Source of the DNA: an uncultured Phycicoccus sp.
GTDB taxonomy: Bacteria; Actinomycetota; Actinomycetes; Actinomycetales; Dermatophilaceae
Length of the DNA: 64,000 bases
Assembly (NCBI RefSeq): GCF_947495705.1
Contig: NZ_CANLZR010000006.1
Coordinates: 87,664 to 151,663 of the forward strand
Direction of reading: 5' to 3'
The notes beneath the pieces were generated by a model. It did no database searches, was not told the DNA's origin, and worked only from the letters and a program-made list of their open reading frames with translations. This document shows, piece by piece, positions 27,435 through 41,205 of this stretch; position 1 is the stretch's first letter, and each line of letters opens with the position of its first letter. A program made the position numbers and the translations under genes.

Positions 27435-27517
27435 TGCCGGGAGCGGGACTCGAACCCGCACGCCCTCGCGGGCAGAGCATTTTGAGTGCTCCGTGTCTGC
27501 CGTTCCACCACCCCGGC
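27435..27517 (-). tRNA. tRNA-Leu (anticodon CAA)
   Basis: Reverse complement: GCCGGGGTGGTGGAACGGCAGACACGGAGCACTCAAAATGCTCTGCCCGCGAGGGCGTGCGGGTTCGAGTCCCGCTCCCGGCA. It has a 7-bp acceptor stem, an anticodon loop CTCAAAA, a long variable arm (class II) and a T-loop GGTTCGAGTCC. CCA is not encoded. Confidence 0.93.
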
Positions 27518-27529
27518 GGGGGCGCTGTC

Positions 27530-27535
27530 AGCATA
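27530..27535 (-). promoter_or_regulatory. candidate -10 hexamer TATGCT for tRNA-Leu (and possibly pdtaR)
   Basis: On the minus strand TATGCT matches TANNNT. It lies 12 nt upstream of the tRNA 5' end and directly after the pyk stop. No convincing -35 element. Confidence 0.3.
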
Positions 27536-27556
27536 GCCAGCGACCCGCGGTGGACC

Positions 27557-29041
27557 TCAGGCCTGTCCGGCGGCGGCGTCGGCCGCAGCGTCGGCCGCAG
27601 CGTCGCTGTAGGCGGGCGCGACCCGGTTCTTGGCGTCGCCGACCCGGTGCACGCGCAGCGCGTTCGTGGACCCGGGGATCCCGGGCGGTGACCCCGCGAC
27701 GATGACGACGTTCTCGCCCTCCTTGACCCGCCCGATCGACAGCAGCAGCTCGTCGACCTGGAGCGCCATGTCGTCGGTGTGCCGGACCTTGCCGACGAGG
27801 AAGGTCTCGATGCCCCAGGTGAGGGCCAGCTGGCTGCGCGTCGCCTGGTTCGGGGTGAACGCGAGCATCGGGATGCGCGGGCGCACCCGGGCGAGCCGGC
27901 GGGAGCTGTCGCCGCCCTCGGTGAAGGTGATGAGGAACCGCACCCCGAGCAGCTCGCCGATCTCGGCCGCGGCCGCGGTGACGGCGCCGCCTTTGGAGTT
28001 GGGGCGGGTGCCGAGCGGGCGGATCCGGTGCAGGCCGTGGGTCTCGGTGTTCTCGATGATCTTGGCCATCGTGCGGACCGCGGCGAAGGGGTGCTTGCCG
28101 ACGCTCGTCTCGCCCGAGAGCATCAGGGCGTCGGCGCCGTCGAGCACCGCGTTCGCGGCATCGGAGGCCTCGGCCCGGGTGGGGCGGCTGTTGTCGATCA
28201 TCGACTCGAGCACCTGGGTGGCGACGATGACCGGCTTGGCCCGGCGCCGGGCGATCTCGCAGGCGCGCTTCTGCACGAGCGGCACCTGCTCGAGCGGCAT
28301 CTCGACGCCGAGGTCGCCGCGGGCCACCATGACGCCGTCGAAGGCGCGGATGATCTCGTCGAGGTTGTCGACCGCCTGCGGCTTCTCGATCTTCGCGATG
28401 ACCGGGAGCCGGAGCCCCTCCTCGTCCATGATCTCGTGGACGCGCAGGATGTCGTCCGGCGACCTGACGAAGGACAGCGCGATCATGTCGGCGCGGGTCC
28501 GCAGCGCCCAGCGGAGGTCGTCCTCGTCCTTCTCCGAGAGCGCGGGCACCGAGACCGCCACCCCGGGCAGGTTGATGCCCTTGTTGTTGCTCAGCGTGCC
28601 GCCCTCGGCGACCTCGCAGACGACGTCGGAGTCGGTGACCTCGGTGGCCACGAGGGCGATCTTGCCGTCGTCGATGAGGATGCGGTCGCCCGCGTGCACG
28701 TCGCCAGGGAGCCCCGAGTAGGTGGTCCCGACCTCGTGGACGTCGCCCGGCACGTCGCGGGTCGTGATGGTGAAGGTCGCGCCCTTCTCGAGCTGGACGG
28801 GACCGTCCTGGAACCGGGCCGTGCGGATCTTCGGCCCCTGGAGGTCGACGAGCACCCCGACGGCCCGGCCGACGTCGTCGCTGGCCTTGCGGACGTCGCG
28901 GTAGACCTGCTCGTGGTCCTTGTGCGAGCCGTGCGAGAGGTTGAGCCGGGCGACGTCCATGCCGGCCTCGACGAGCTCGCGGAGCTGCTCGGCGGAGGAG
29001 GTGGCGGGGCCGAGGGTGCAGACGATCTTGGCGCGGCGCAT
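27557..29041 (-). CDS. pyk: pyruvate kinase
   Basis: 494-aa [36 protein letters not shown] and a C-terminal regulatory domain, plus a short Ala/Asp repeat tail ([15 protein letters not shown]). Confidence 0.97.
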   Translation of the reverse strand: MRRAKIVCTLGPATSSAEQLRELVEAGMDVARLNLSHGSHKDHEQVYRDVRKASDDVGRAVGVLVDLQGPKIRTARFQDGPVQLEKGATFTITTRDVPGDVHEVGTTYSGLPGDVHAGDRILIDDGKIALVATEVTDSDVVCEVAEGGTLSNNKGINLPGVAVSVPALSEKDEDDLRWALRTRADMIALSFVRSPDDILRVHEIMDEEGLRLPVIAKIEKPQAVDNLDEIIRAFDGVMVARGDLGVEMPLEQVPLVQKRACEIARRRAKPVIVATQVLESMIDNSRPTRAEASDAANAVLDGADALMLSGETSVGKHPFAAVRTMAKIIENTETHGLHRIRPLGTRPNSKGGAVTAAAAEIGELLGVRFLITFTEGGDSSRRLARVRPRIPMLAFTPNQATRSQLALTWGIETFLVGKVRHTDDMALQVDELLLSIGRVKEGENVVIVAGSPPGIPGSTNALRVHRVGDAKNRVAPAYSDAAADAAADAAAGQA

Positions 29042-29116
29042 GCGAGCGAGCCTACAAGTGGAAGCGGTTGCGCCGTGACGCGGGCCACATCCCGAGCAGC
29101 CCCCGCGCGCCCCGTT

Positions 29117-30569
29117 TCAGGCCGTGAGCGGCCGGTCCGTCGGGTGGACGGGACGGGGCAGCCGCGACGGCTTGTTCATGAGCCACGCGTCGACCTCGTG
29201 GGCGACGGACCGGCCCTCGGCGATCGCCCAGACGATGAGCGACTGGCCGCGTCCGGCGTCCCCGGCGACGAACACTCCCGGCACGCTCGACATGAAGTGG
29301 CCGTCCCGGGCCACGTTGGACCGCGGGTCCTTCTCGACGCCGAGCTGCTCGAGCAGCCCCTCGGCCTGCGGGCCGAGGAAGCCCATCGCGAGGAGGACGA
29401 GCTGGGCCGGGATCTCCCGCTCGGAGCCGTCGACCTTCTCGAAGCCGCTCTCGCCCATGACGACCTCGTGGAGGCGCAGCGCCCGCACCCGGCCGGCCTC
29501 GTCGCCGACGATCTCGCTCGTCGACACGGAGTACACCCGGTCGCCGCCCTCCTCGTGGGCGGACGCGACCCGGAAGAGCATCGGGTACGTCGGCCAGGGG
29601 TGCTGGTCCGCCCGGTCGGCGGGTGGTTGCGGCATGATCTCGAGGCTCGTCACCGACCGCGCACCCTGACGGTGGGCGGTGCCGATGCAGTCGGCGCCGG
29701 TGTCGCCGCCGCCGATGACGACGACGTCCTTGCCGGCGGCGGTCACCTGGCCCTCGACGGTCTGGCCGAGCGCGACCCGGTTGGCCGGCGGCAGGTAGTC
29801 CATGGCCTGCATGACGCCGTCGAGCTCGCGCCCCGGCACCGGCAGGTCACGCGGCACGGTGGCGCCGACGGCGACGACGACCGCGTCGAAGCGCTTCTTG
29901 AGGTCGGTGCCGGTGAGGTCCTCGCCGACCGAGACGCCCGTCCGGAACCGGGTGCCCTCGGACTTCATCTGCGCGATGCGCCGGTCGAGGACCGCCTTCT
30001 CCATCTTGAACTCGGGGATCCCGTAGCGCAGCAGGCCGCCCGGCTGGTCGGCCCGCTCGTACACGGCGACGGTGTGGCCGGCGCGGGTCAGCTGCTGGGC
30101 GGTGGCGAGCCCCGCCGGGCCGGACCCGACGACGGCGACGGTCTTGCCCGAGAGCCGCTCCGGCGAGACGGGCGTGACCGTCCCGTTCTCGAAGGCGCGG
30201 TCGACGATCGAGACCTCGATCTGCTTGATCGTGACCGCGGGCTGGTTGATGCCGAGGACGCACGACGCCTCGCACGGCGCCGGGCACAGCCGCCCGGTGA
30301 ACTCCGGGAAGTTGTTCGTCGCGTGCAGCCGCTCGATCGCCTCGCGCCACTCGCCGCGGCGGGCGAGGTCGTTCCACTCCGGGATGAGGTTCCCGAGGGG
30401 ACAGCCGCTGTGGCAGAACGGGATGCCGCAGTCCATGCAGCGACCGGCCTGACGCTGGAGCTCGGGGACCGGCTGGTCCTCGTAGACCTCCTTCCAGTCC
30501 CGGATCCGCACCGGGACCGGGCGCCGCCGGGGCAGCTCGCGCTCACGGGTCTTCATAAAGCCCTGGGGG

Positions 30570-30577
<8 letters not shown>
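29117..30577 (-). CDS. gltD: glutamate synthase (NADPH) small subunit
   Basis: 3' part of ORF 29117..30934(-). GTG 30577 start ([18 protein letters not shown]); 486 aa. Fe-S Cys cluster [23 protein letters not shown] and dinucleotide folds [12 protein letters not shown] and [13 protein letters not shown]. 8-nt overlap with the gltB stop. Confidence 0.95.
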
Positions 30578-35111
<4,534 letters not shown>

Positions 35112-35236
35112 GTCGCATCACCGTCCTCGAGGTCGTCGGCCACTGGGGCCGGGCTCGGCAAGGTCAGGCGCGGACGACGCTGGCCACGTCCCGGAATGCT
35201 ATCTCCGACCCCGATCGTCTTGCTATTCGAGCGGAC

Positions 35237-36133
35237 CTATCCCACATCCTGGGACTCGGGGTCCTCGTTCCGTGGACGGTCGGGCGGCTCGGCGCCATCG
35301 TCGGCCGGGTCCGCCGGTGCCCTGCGGCCGGTGTACCAGACGATCCAGACGCCGAGGAGGAAGACCGCGATGCTCGTCCACACGTTGAGCCGCTGGCCGA
35401 GGATCATCTCGGCCTCGTCGGTGCGCATCCGCTCGATGACAATCCGCCCGACCGGGTAGCCCGCGACGTAGAGGCCGAAGAGCTGCCCGGGGGCCAGGCG
35501 CCGGCGCCGGTCGAGGACGAGCAGCGCGGTGGCGAGCACGACGAGGAAGATCGACTCGTAGAGGAACGTCGGGTGGAAGGTGCCGAGGACGACCGCGTCG
35601 CCGGAGGCGTCGGTGACGGCCCGGCCCGCGGCCTGGTCCCACTCGTGGATCTCCAGGCCCCACGGCAGGGTCGTCGGGCCGCCGTACAGCTCGTTGTTGA
35701 ACCAGTTGCCCCACCGCCCGAGGGCCTGCGCCAGGGCGACCCCCGGCGCCGCCGCGTCCGCGAACGCGAGGAACGAGACCCCGGCGCGGCGGCACCCGAT
35801 CCACGCGCCGAGGGCGCCGAGGGCGATGGCACCCCAGATCCCGAGGCCCCCGTTCCAGATCTTCAGGGCGTCCACGAGACTGCCGCCCTCACCGAAGTAC
35901 GGGCCCGGGGTGGTGATGACGTGGTAGAGCCGCCCGCCGACGATGCCGAGGATCACGGCGTAGGCCGCGACGTCCAGGGTCACCGCGGAGTCGTAGCCGC
36001 GGGCGACGAGCCGCCGGCCGGTGAGCCAGACGGCGAGCACGATGCCGGCGAGGATGCACAGCGCGTACGCCCGCAGGGTCAGCGGCCCGAGGTCGAGGGC
36101 GCCGACCGTCGGGCTGGGGATCGTCGACGTCAC
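35237..36133 (-). CDS. lgt: prolipoprotein diacylglyceryl transferase
   Basis: 298-aa ORF. GGLGIWGAIALGA, ALGRWGNWFNNELYG and HPTFLYES, plus an acidic/proline C-terminal tail. GTGA overlap with the DsbA-like stop. Confidence 0.95.
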   Translation of the reverse strand: MTSTIPSPTVGALDLGPLTLRAYALCILAGIVLAVWLTGRRLVARGYDSAVTLDVAAYAVILGIVGGRLYHVITTPGPYFGEGGSLVDALKIWNGGLGIWGAIALGALGAWIGCRRAGVSFLAFADAAAPGVALAQALGRWGNWFNNELYGGPTTLPWGLEIHEWDQAAGRAVTDASGDAVVLGTFHPTFLYESIFLVVLATALLVLDRRRRLAPGQLFGLYVAGYPVGRIVIERMRTDEAEMILGQRLNVWTSIAVFLLGVWIVWYTGRRAPADPADDGAEPPDRPRNEDPESQDVG

Positions 36134-36909
36134 TCCGTGGCCGCCTCGACGGCCTGGGTGAACCCCTCGGGGCTGACGATGGTGTTGAGGTCCTGCTCCT
36201 CACCGTTGATCCGCACCGTCGGGGTGCCACGCACCCCGTCCTCGAAGCTCGACGCCTCGACGGAGTCGACGTAGGCGTCGTACCGCCCCGAGGTCAGGCA
36301 GGTCTCCCAGGTCGCGAGGGCCTCGCCCTCGATCCCGGCGTTCGTCGCGAACTCGGTGAGCAGCTCGTCGGTGAAGCCCTGGCCCTCCTGGGCGGGCTGG
36401 CCCGGGAAGACCTGGTCGTGGAACTCCTGGAAGCGCCCGGTGTCGGCGGCGCAGAACGCGGCGGTGCCGGCCCGGGTGGAGCTCCCGTTGCCGAGGTTGT
36501 CGTCGAGGAAGTTCTTCACGTGGTAGACGAGCTTGATCCTGCCCTCCGCGGCGAGCCCGGTGATCGTCGGCCCGACGAGGGACTCGAACTGGGCGCAGGC
36601 CGGGCACTGGAAGTCCTCGTAGAGGTCCACCGTGGGGGCGTTCGGCTCGGGAGTCACCTCGCTGAAGGCGGGGAAGCCCTCGCCCATGGCCGAGACCCCG
36701 GGCGGCAGGGCGCCGCCGGCGGCGGGCGCGTCGTCCCCGCGCGTGGAGAGAATGACCCCGGCCACGACGGCGATGATCGCGACGATGACGACGACCGTCG
36801 CCACGACGATCTTGTTCGCCCCCGCGCCGGCACCGGAGCGGGCCGCCTCGATCTTGGCCTGGCGGGCGTTGGCGGGCTTCTTGCCCTTGGTCGGCGGCGT
36901 CTTGGCCAT
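36130..36909 (-). CDS. membrane-anchored DsbA-family thiol:disulfide oxidoreductase
   Basis: 259-aa ORF. Lys-rich N-terminus, TM anchor IVVATVVVIVAIIAVVAGVIL, then a thioredoxin fold with active site FQCPACAQFE. Confidence 0.85.
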   Translation of the reverse strand: MAKTPPTKGKKPANARQAKIEAARSGAGAGANKIVVATVVVIVAIIAVVAGVILSTRGDDAPAAGGALPPGVSAMGEGFPAFSEVTPEPNAPTVDLYEDFQCPACAQFESLVGPTITGLAAEGRIKLVYHVKNFLDDNLGNGSSTRAGTAAFCAADTGRFQEFHDQVFPGQPAQEGQGFTDELLTEFATNAGIEGEALATWETCLTSGRYDAYVDSVEASSFEDGVRGTPTVRINGEEQDLNTIVSPEGFTQAVEAATE

Positions 36910-36925
36910 GGTGGGGTCGTGCCTT

Positions 36926-37438
36926 TCAGTGTCCGAAGAGGAGGCGGTCGAGCGCGGCGAGCGACCGGGGCCGCCACCAGAGCCACACGCCCGCCGCGGC
37001 GAAACTCGCGTCGCGGGCTATCTCCTGAGGGTACTTCGTCTCGTCCGCGCCGATCTGACCCCCACCTCCGAAGCAGCCGCAGTCGATCGTGAGCCCGCGA
37101 GCCCACGCCTGCGCGATCCCGACGACGAACGCCACCATGAGCAGGGTGGACACGGCGGCGACCGGGCGGGTGAGGAGCCCGACCACGAGGAGGACGCCGA
37201 GGACCACCTCGACGAACGGCAGCGCCAGCCCGACGTAGCCGGCGAGCGTCATCGGCATGATCTCGTAGGCCTGGACCGCCCGCTGCGAGGTCAGCGGGTG
37301 GCCGACCTTCACGGCGCCCGCGACGATGAGGACGGTCCCGAGGAACAGCCGGGCCAGCAGCCCGACGGTGTCGAGGACGACGTCCCGGCGGTACCACGGA
37401 CGGGCCGCGGCGTCTCGCTCGTCGAGGCTCGTGCTCAT
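36926..37438 (-). CDS. MauE/DoxX-family redox-associated membrane protein
   Basis: Internal ATG of ORF 36926..37831(-); 170 aa with four TM helices. Conserved HPLTSQRAVQAYEI and Cys pair LTIDCGCFGGGG. ATGA overlap with the trpA stop. Confidence 0.8.
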   Translation of the reverse strand: MSTSLDERDAAARPWYRRDVVLDTVGLLARLFLGTVLIVAGAVKVGHPLTSQRAVQAYEIMPMTLAGYVGLALPFVEVVLGVLLVVGLLTRPVAAVSTLLMVAFVVGIAQAWARGLTIDCGCFGGGGQIGADETKYPQEIARDASFAAAGVWLWWRPRSLAALDRLLFGH

Positions 37439-38250
37439 CGGCGGCCGGCCCGCACGCCCTCGGCCAGGGACGAGGTCAGGGCATGCAGCGCCTGCAGCCG
37501 GGTCGGGAGATCCTGGTCGCCGCCGAGGGCGCGCACGAGCGCCGACCCGGCGATGACCCCGTCGGCGTAGGCCGCGATCTCCGCCGCCTGCTCCCGCGTG
37601 GAGACCCCCAGGCCGATGCACACCGGCAGGTCGGTGACGGCGCGGACCCGCTCGACGAGGCCCCGGGCGTCGGAGTCCACGCTGGTCCGGGCGCCGGTGA
37701 CGCCCATCGTCGAGGCGGCGTACACGAACCCCCGGCAGGCCGCCGTCACCCGGGCGAGCCGCTCGGGGGTGCTGCTCGGAGCGACGAGGAAGATCCGGTC
37801 GAGCCCGTGCCGGTCGCTGGCGGCGATCCACTCCGCCGCCTCGTCCGGGATGAGGTCGGGCGTGATGAGGCCGGCGCCCCCGGCGGCCGCGAGATCGGCG
37901 GCGAAGCGCTCGACGCCGCGGTGCAGCACGAGGTTCCAGTACGTCATCACGACCGGCGTCGCGCCGGCGTCGCGGACGGCGGCGACGGCGGTGAACACGT
38001 CGTCGACCCGGGCGCCCCCGGCGAGGGCGGTGGCGGCGGCGTCCTGGATGACCGGCCCGTCCATGAGCGGGTCGCTGTACGGGACGCCGACCTCGACGAT
38101 GTCGCAGCCCGCGTCGACCACCGTGCGCATCGCCTCGACGGACCCCTCGACGGTGGGGTAGCCGACGGGCAGGTAGCCGACGAGCGCGGCGCGCCCCTGC
38201 GCACGGCAGGACCGCAGGACCGCCTCGACGCCGGTGGCGAGAGCCGTCAC
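37435..38250 (-). CDS. trpA: tryptophan synthase alpha chain
   Basis: Internal GTG of ORF 37435..39063(-); 271 aa. Motifs [20 protein letters not shown] and [17 protein letters not shown] overlap with the trpB stop. Confidence 0.96.
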   Translation of the reverse strand: MTALATGVEAVLRSCRAQGRAALVGYLPVGYPTVEGSVEAMRTVVDAGCDIVEVGVPYSDPLMDGPVIQDAAATALAGGARVDDVFTAVAAVRDAGATPVVMTYWNLVLHRGVERFAADLAAAGGAGLITPDLIPDEAAEWIAASDRHGLDRIFLVAPSSTPERLARVTAACRGFVYAASTMGVTGARTSVDSDARGLVERVRAVTDLPVCIGLGVSTREQAAEIAAYADGVIAGSALVRALGGDQDLPTRLQALHALTSSLAEGVRAGRR

Positions 38251-39497
38251 TGGGTGCCCTCGCCGACGAGGCCGAAGTAGGCGGCCGCGGTGTGCATGTC
38301 CTTGTCGCCGCGACCCGACAGGTTGACCAGGACCAGGCCGTCGGGGCCCAGCTCCCGGCCGAGCTGCATCGCGCCGACGAGCGCGTGCGCGGACTCCAGC
38401 GCCGGGATGATGCCCTCGGTCCGGGAGAGGAGCGAGAAGGCCTCCATGACCTGGTCGTCGGTGGCGTACCGGTACTCGGCGCGCCCGGAGTCGCGCAGGA
38501 ACGAGTGCTCGGGGCCGACGCTGGGGTAGTCCAGGCCGGCCGAGATCGAGTGCGACTCGACGGTCTGGCCGTCGGCGTCCTGCATGAGGTAGCTCATCGC
38601 CCCGTGCAGCACGCCGGGGGTCGCGGAGGAGCCCGCGAAGCGCGCCGCGTGGCGACCGGACTCGATGCCCTCTCCCCCGGCCTCGACCCCGACGAGCCGG
38701 ACGTCGGCGTCGCCGACGAAGCGGTGGAAGATCCCCATCGCGTTCGAGCCGCCGCCGACGCACGCGACGACGGCGTCGGGGAGGCGCCCGGTGAGCTCGA
38801 GGACCTGGGCGCGGGCCTCCTCGCCGATGACGGCGTGGAAGTCCCGGACCATCTCGGGGAAGGGGTGCGGCCCGGTGACCGTCCCGATGGCGTAGTGGGT
38901 GGTGCCGACGTTGGTGACCCAGTCCCGCATCGCCTCGTTGATGGCGTCCTTGAGGGTGGCGCTGCCGTGCTCGACGGCGACGACCTCGGCCCCGAGGATC
39001 CGCATCCGGGCGACGTTGAGGGCCTGCCGCTCGGTGTCGACCCGGCCCATGTACACGGTGCACTCCAGACCCATGAGCGCGGCGGCCGTCGCGGTGGCGA
39101 CGCCGTGCTGGCCGGCCCCGGTCTCGGCGATGATCCGGGTCTTGCCCATCCGCTTCGTGAGGAGCGCCTGGGCGAGCACGTTGTTGATCTTGTGCGAGCC
39201 GGTGTGGTTGAGGTCCTCGCGCTTGAGCAGGACCCGGGCGCCGCCGCAGTGCGCGGCGAACCGGGGCACCTCGGTGATGATGCTCGGCCGGCCGGTGTAC
39301 GTCGCGTGCAGGCGCGCGAGCTCGGCCTGGAACTCGGGGTCGACGGCGGCCTTCTGGCGCGCCTCGTCGATCTGCTCCAGGGCCGGCACGAGCGCCTCGG
39401 GGACGTAGCGACCCCCGAAGTCACCGAACCGGCCGGCCGGCGGCAGGTCCTCGACGGTGAGGTCGGCGGGTGCCGGGGCCGCGTCGTTCTGGCTCAT
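38247..39497 (-). CDS. trpB: tryptophan synthase beta chain
   Basis: Internal ATG of ORF 38247..39917(-); 416 aa. Motifs [16 protein letters not shown]-lysine motif [11 protein letters not shown] and [14 protein letters not shown] overlap with the trpC stop. Confidence 0.98.
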   Translation of the reverse strand: MSQNDAAPAPADLTVEDLPPAGRFGDFGGRYVPEALVPALEQIDEARQKAAVDPEFQAELARLHATYTGRPSIITEVPRFAAHCGGARVLLKREDLNHTGSHKINNVLAQALLTKRMGKTRIIAETGAGQHGVATATAAALMGLECTVYMGRVDTERQALNVARMRILGAEVVAVEHGSATLKDAINEAMRDWVTNVGTTHYAIGTVTGPHPFPEMVRDFHAVIGEEARAQVLELTGRLPDAVVACVGGGSNAMGIFHRFVGDADVRLVGVEAGGEGIESGRHAARFAGSSATPGVLHGAMSYLMQDADGQTVESHSISAGLDYPSVGPEHSFLRDSGRAEYRYATDDQVMEAFSLLSRTEGIIPALESAHALVGAMQLGRELGPDGLVLVNLSGRGDKDMHTAAAYFGLVGEGTQ

Positions 39498-40294
39498 GAG
39501 ACCTCCTGGGTGGTTCCGGCCCGCACGATGGCGGCGGCGGCCCCACGCGGGTCGCCGGTGCGGACCAGGGCCTCGCCGACGAGCACGACGTCGGCCCCCT
39601 GGGCCGCGTACGACGCCGCCTCCGCCGGCCCGGTGATGCCGGACTCGGCGACCGCGACGACGCCGGGCGGCAGGATCGGGCGCAGCCGCGAGAACGTGTC
39701 GGGGTGCACGTCGAGGGTCTTGAGGTTGCGCGCGTTGACCCCGATGACACTCGCCCCGGCATCGACGGCGCGCTGGGTCTCGTCCTCGTCGTGCACCTCG
39801 ACGAGCGCGGTCATCCCGAGCTCGCCGACAAGGGCGAGGAGGGCCCGCAGGGTGGCGTCGTCGAGGGCCGCGACGATGAGCAGGACGAGGTCCGCGCCGT
39901 GCGCGCGCGCCTCCCACACCTGGTAGTCGGTGACGACGAAGTCCTTGCGCAGCACGGGCACGTCCACCGCGGCCCGGACCGCGTCCAGGTCGGCGAGGCT
40001 GCCACCGAACCGCCGCCGTTCGGTGAGCACCGAGATCGCGCTCGCGCCGCCGTCGGCGTAGGCCACCGCGAGGGCGGCCGGGTCGGGGATGTCCGAGAGC
40101 GCGCCCTTGCTCGGGCTCGCCCGCTTGACCTCGGCGATGAGCGAGAGCCCGGGGCGGCGCAGGGCCGCGTCGGCGTCGCGCGCCGGCGGCGCAGTGAGCA
40201 CGGCCGCCCGGAGGTCGGCCAGGGACGTGACGCGCTGCCGGTCGGCGAGGTCCTGGCGCACGCCCGCGATGATGTCGTCGAGGACGGAGGTCAT
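39494..40294 (-). CDS. trpC: indole-3-glycerol phosphate synthase
   Basis: Internal ATG of ORF 39494..40507(-); 266 aa. Motifs [25 protein letters not shown] and IGVNARNL. Confidence 0.96.
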   Translation of the reverse strand: MTSVLDDIIAGVRQDLADRQRVTSLADLRAAVLTAPPARDADAALRRPGLSLIAEVKRASPSKGALSDIPDPAALAVAYADGGASAISVLTERRRFGGSLADLDAVRAAVDVPVLRKDFVVTDYQVWEARAHGADLVLLIVAALDDATLRALLALVGELGMTALVEVHDEDETQRAVDAGASVIGVNARNLKTLDVHPDTFSRLRPILPPGVVAVAESGITGPAEAASYAAQGADVVLVGEALVRTGDPRGAAAAIVRAGTTQEVS

Positions 40295-40307
40295 GGGTGA
40301 CCTGCTG

Positions 40308-40535
40308 TCACCGGATCGAGGGTTCCTGCTCGGGGTCGCGTCCGGCGGCGCCGTACCCGGCCATCGAGAGGACCTTGCCGGCCACCCCACCGACGACGGC
40401 GAGGACCGCCCCGCCGACGAAGAGCCACACGTTGGGGAAGAGGACGGCGAAGGACATGATCGTCGAGGCGACGATGACGATCGCCACCGCCGTCCAGGCC
40501 GCCACACTGTGGCCGTGGTCTTCGTGCTCGTCCAT
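40308..40535 (-). CDS. small two-TM membrane protein (HGxxPAAW-family-like)
   Basis: Internal ATG of ORF 40308..40742(-); 75 aa. [56 protein letters not shown]... The HGHSVAAW motif lies at the N-terminus. Confidence 0.65.
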   Translation of the reverse strand: MDEHEDHGHSVAAWTAVAIVIVASTIMSFAVLFPNVWLFVGGAVLAVVGGVAGKVLSMAGYGAAGRDPEQEPSIR

Positions 40536-40599
40536 GGGGTCCACCCTAGGTCTCGTGGGCCGGTGGCGGTCGGGGCCGCCTCTCTCGGGACCGATTCTG

Positions 40600-41205
40600 T
40601 CAGGTCCGGGGGTCCTCGCCGACGTCGGTCGGGTCACGTCCCGCCGAGAGGTCGTCCCACGCGCTGCTGACGCGCTCGCCCCGGGAGCCGGCGACGTGGC
40701 CCTCCCCCGCGGCCGGGGCCTCGTACCGGCGCGACGGGGCACCCCAGCGTCGGCGCCCGAGCACGGCCAGGACGAGGGCCCCCACGACGACCAGGAGCGC
40801 CACGAGCGCCACCCACGGCCAGGCCGTCGTGGCGGCGACGGCCTCCACCGACCCGGTGCGGCCGACCCGCCGGGCGGCGACGGGCCCGAGCGCCGCGGAC
40901 GGGTCGAGGACCACCCGGAGCGTGAGCCCGGCGGCGAGGGCGGTGCAGGCGGCCCACAGCACGAGCCCGATGACCCGCCCGACCCGGCCCGTGGCCACCA
41001 CCGCGACGGCGGCGGCGGCCACCGCGAGGGCGACGGCGGACAGCCCGGGTGCGACCTCCGACCCGGTGGCCACGACCCGGCTCCCCCCGAGGACGGCGTC
41101 GGCGACGGTCCCGCTCACCCAGGGGCGCAGGCCGGCCAGGAGCAGCACCCCCGACCCGACGAGCGCGACGAGGACCACCGGACCCTTGCCGGTGAGCCGC
41201 CTCAT
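40600..41205 (-). CDS. Trp biosynthesis-associated membrane protein
   Basis: Internal ATG of ORF 40600..42552(-); 201 aa with about 4 TM helices. Its position between trpE and trpC matches the mycobacterial Rv1610-type protein. ATGA overlap with the trpE stop. Confidence 0.7.
   Translation of the reverse strand: MRRLTGKGPVVLVALVGSGVLLLAGLRPWVSGTVADAVLGGSRVVATGSEVAPGLSAVALAVAAAAVAVVATGRVGRVIGLVLWAACTALAAGLTLRVVLDPSAALGPVAARRVGRTGSVEAVAATTAWPWVALVALLVVVGALVLAVLGRRRWGAPSRRYEAPAAGEGHVAGSRGERVSSAWDDLSAGRDPTDVGEDPRT

Noticed and set aside
27434-27511. 5' extension of the pdtaR ORF ([26 protein letters not shown]...)
   Set aside because: This stretch is the tRNA-Leu gene read as protein. The PdtaR-like sequence begins at the internal ATG 27433.
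27435-27517. tRNA-Leu as an integration hotspot with an adjacent genomic island
   Set aside because: Both flanks are conserved core genes (pyk, pdtaR). There is no integrase, and I noticed no duplicated tRNA 3' segment nearby.
27576-27606. 12-nt tandem repeat (gcgtcggccgca, 2.5 copies), considered as a VNTR or mini-array
   Set aside because: It lies inside the pyk 3' end and simply encodes the [12 protein letters not shown] tail. It is too short and spacer-less to be a CRISPR array or regulatory array. At most it is a slippage-prone coding repeat.
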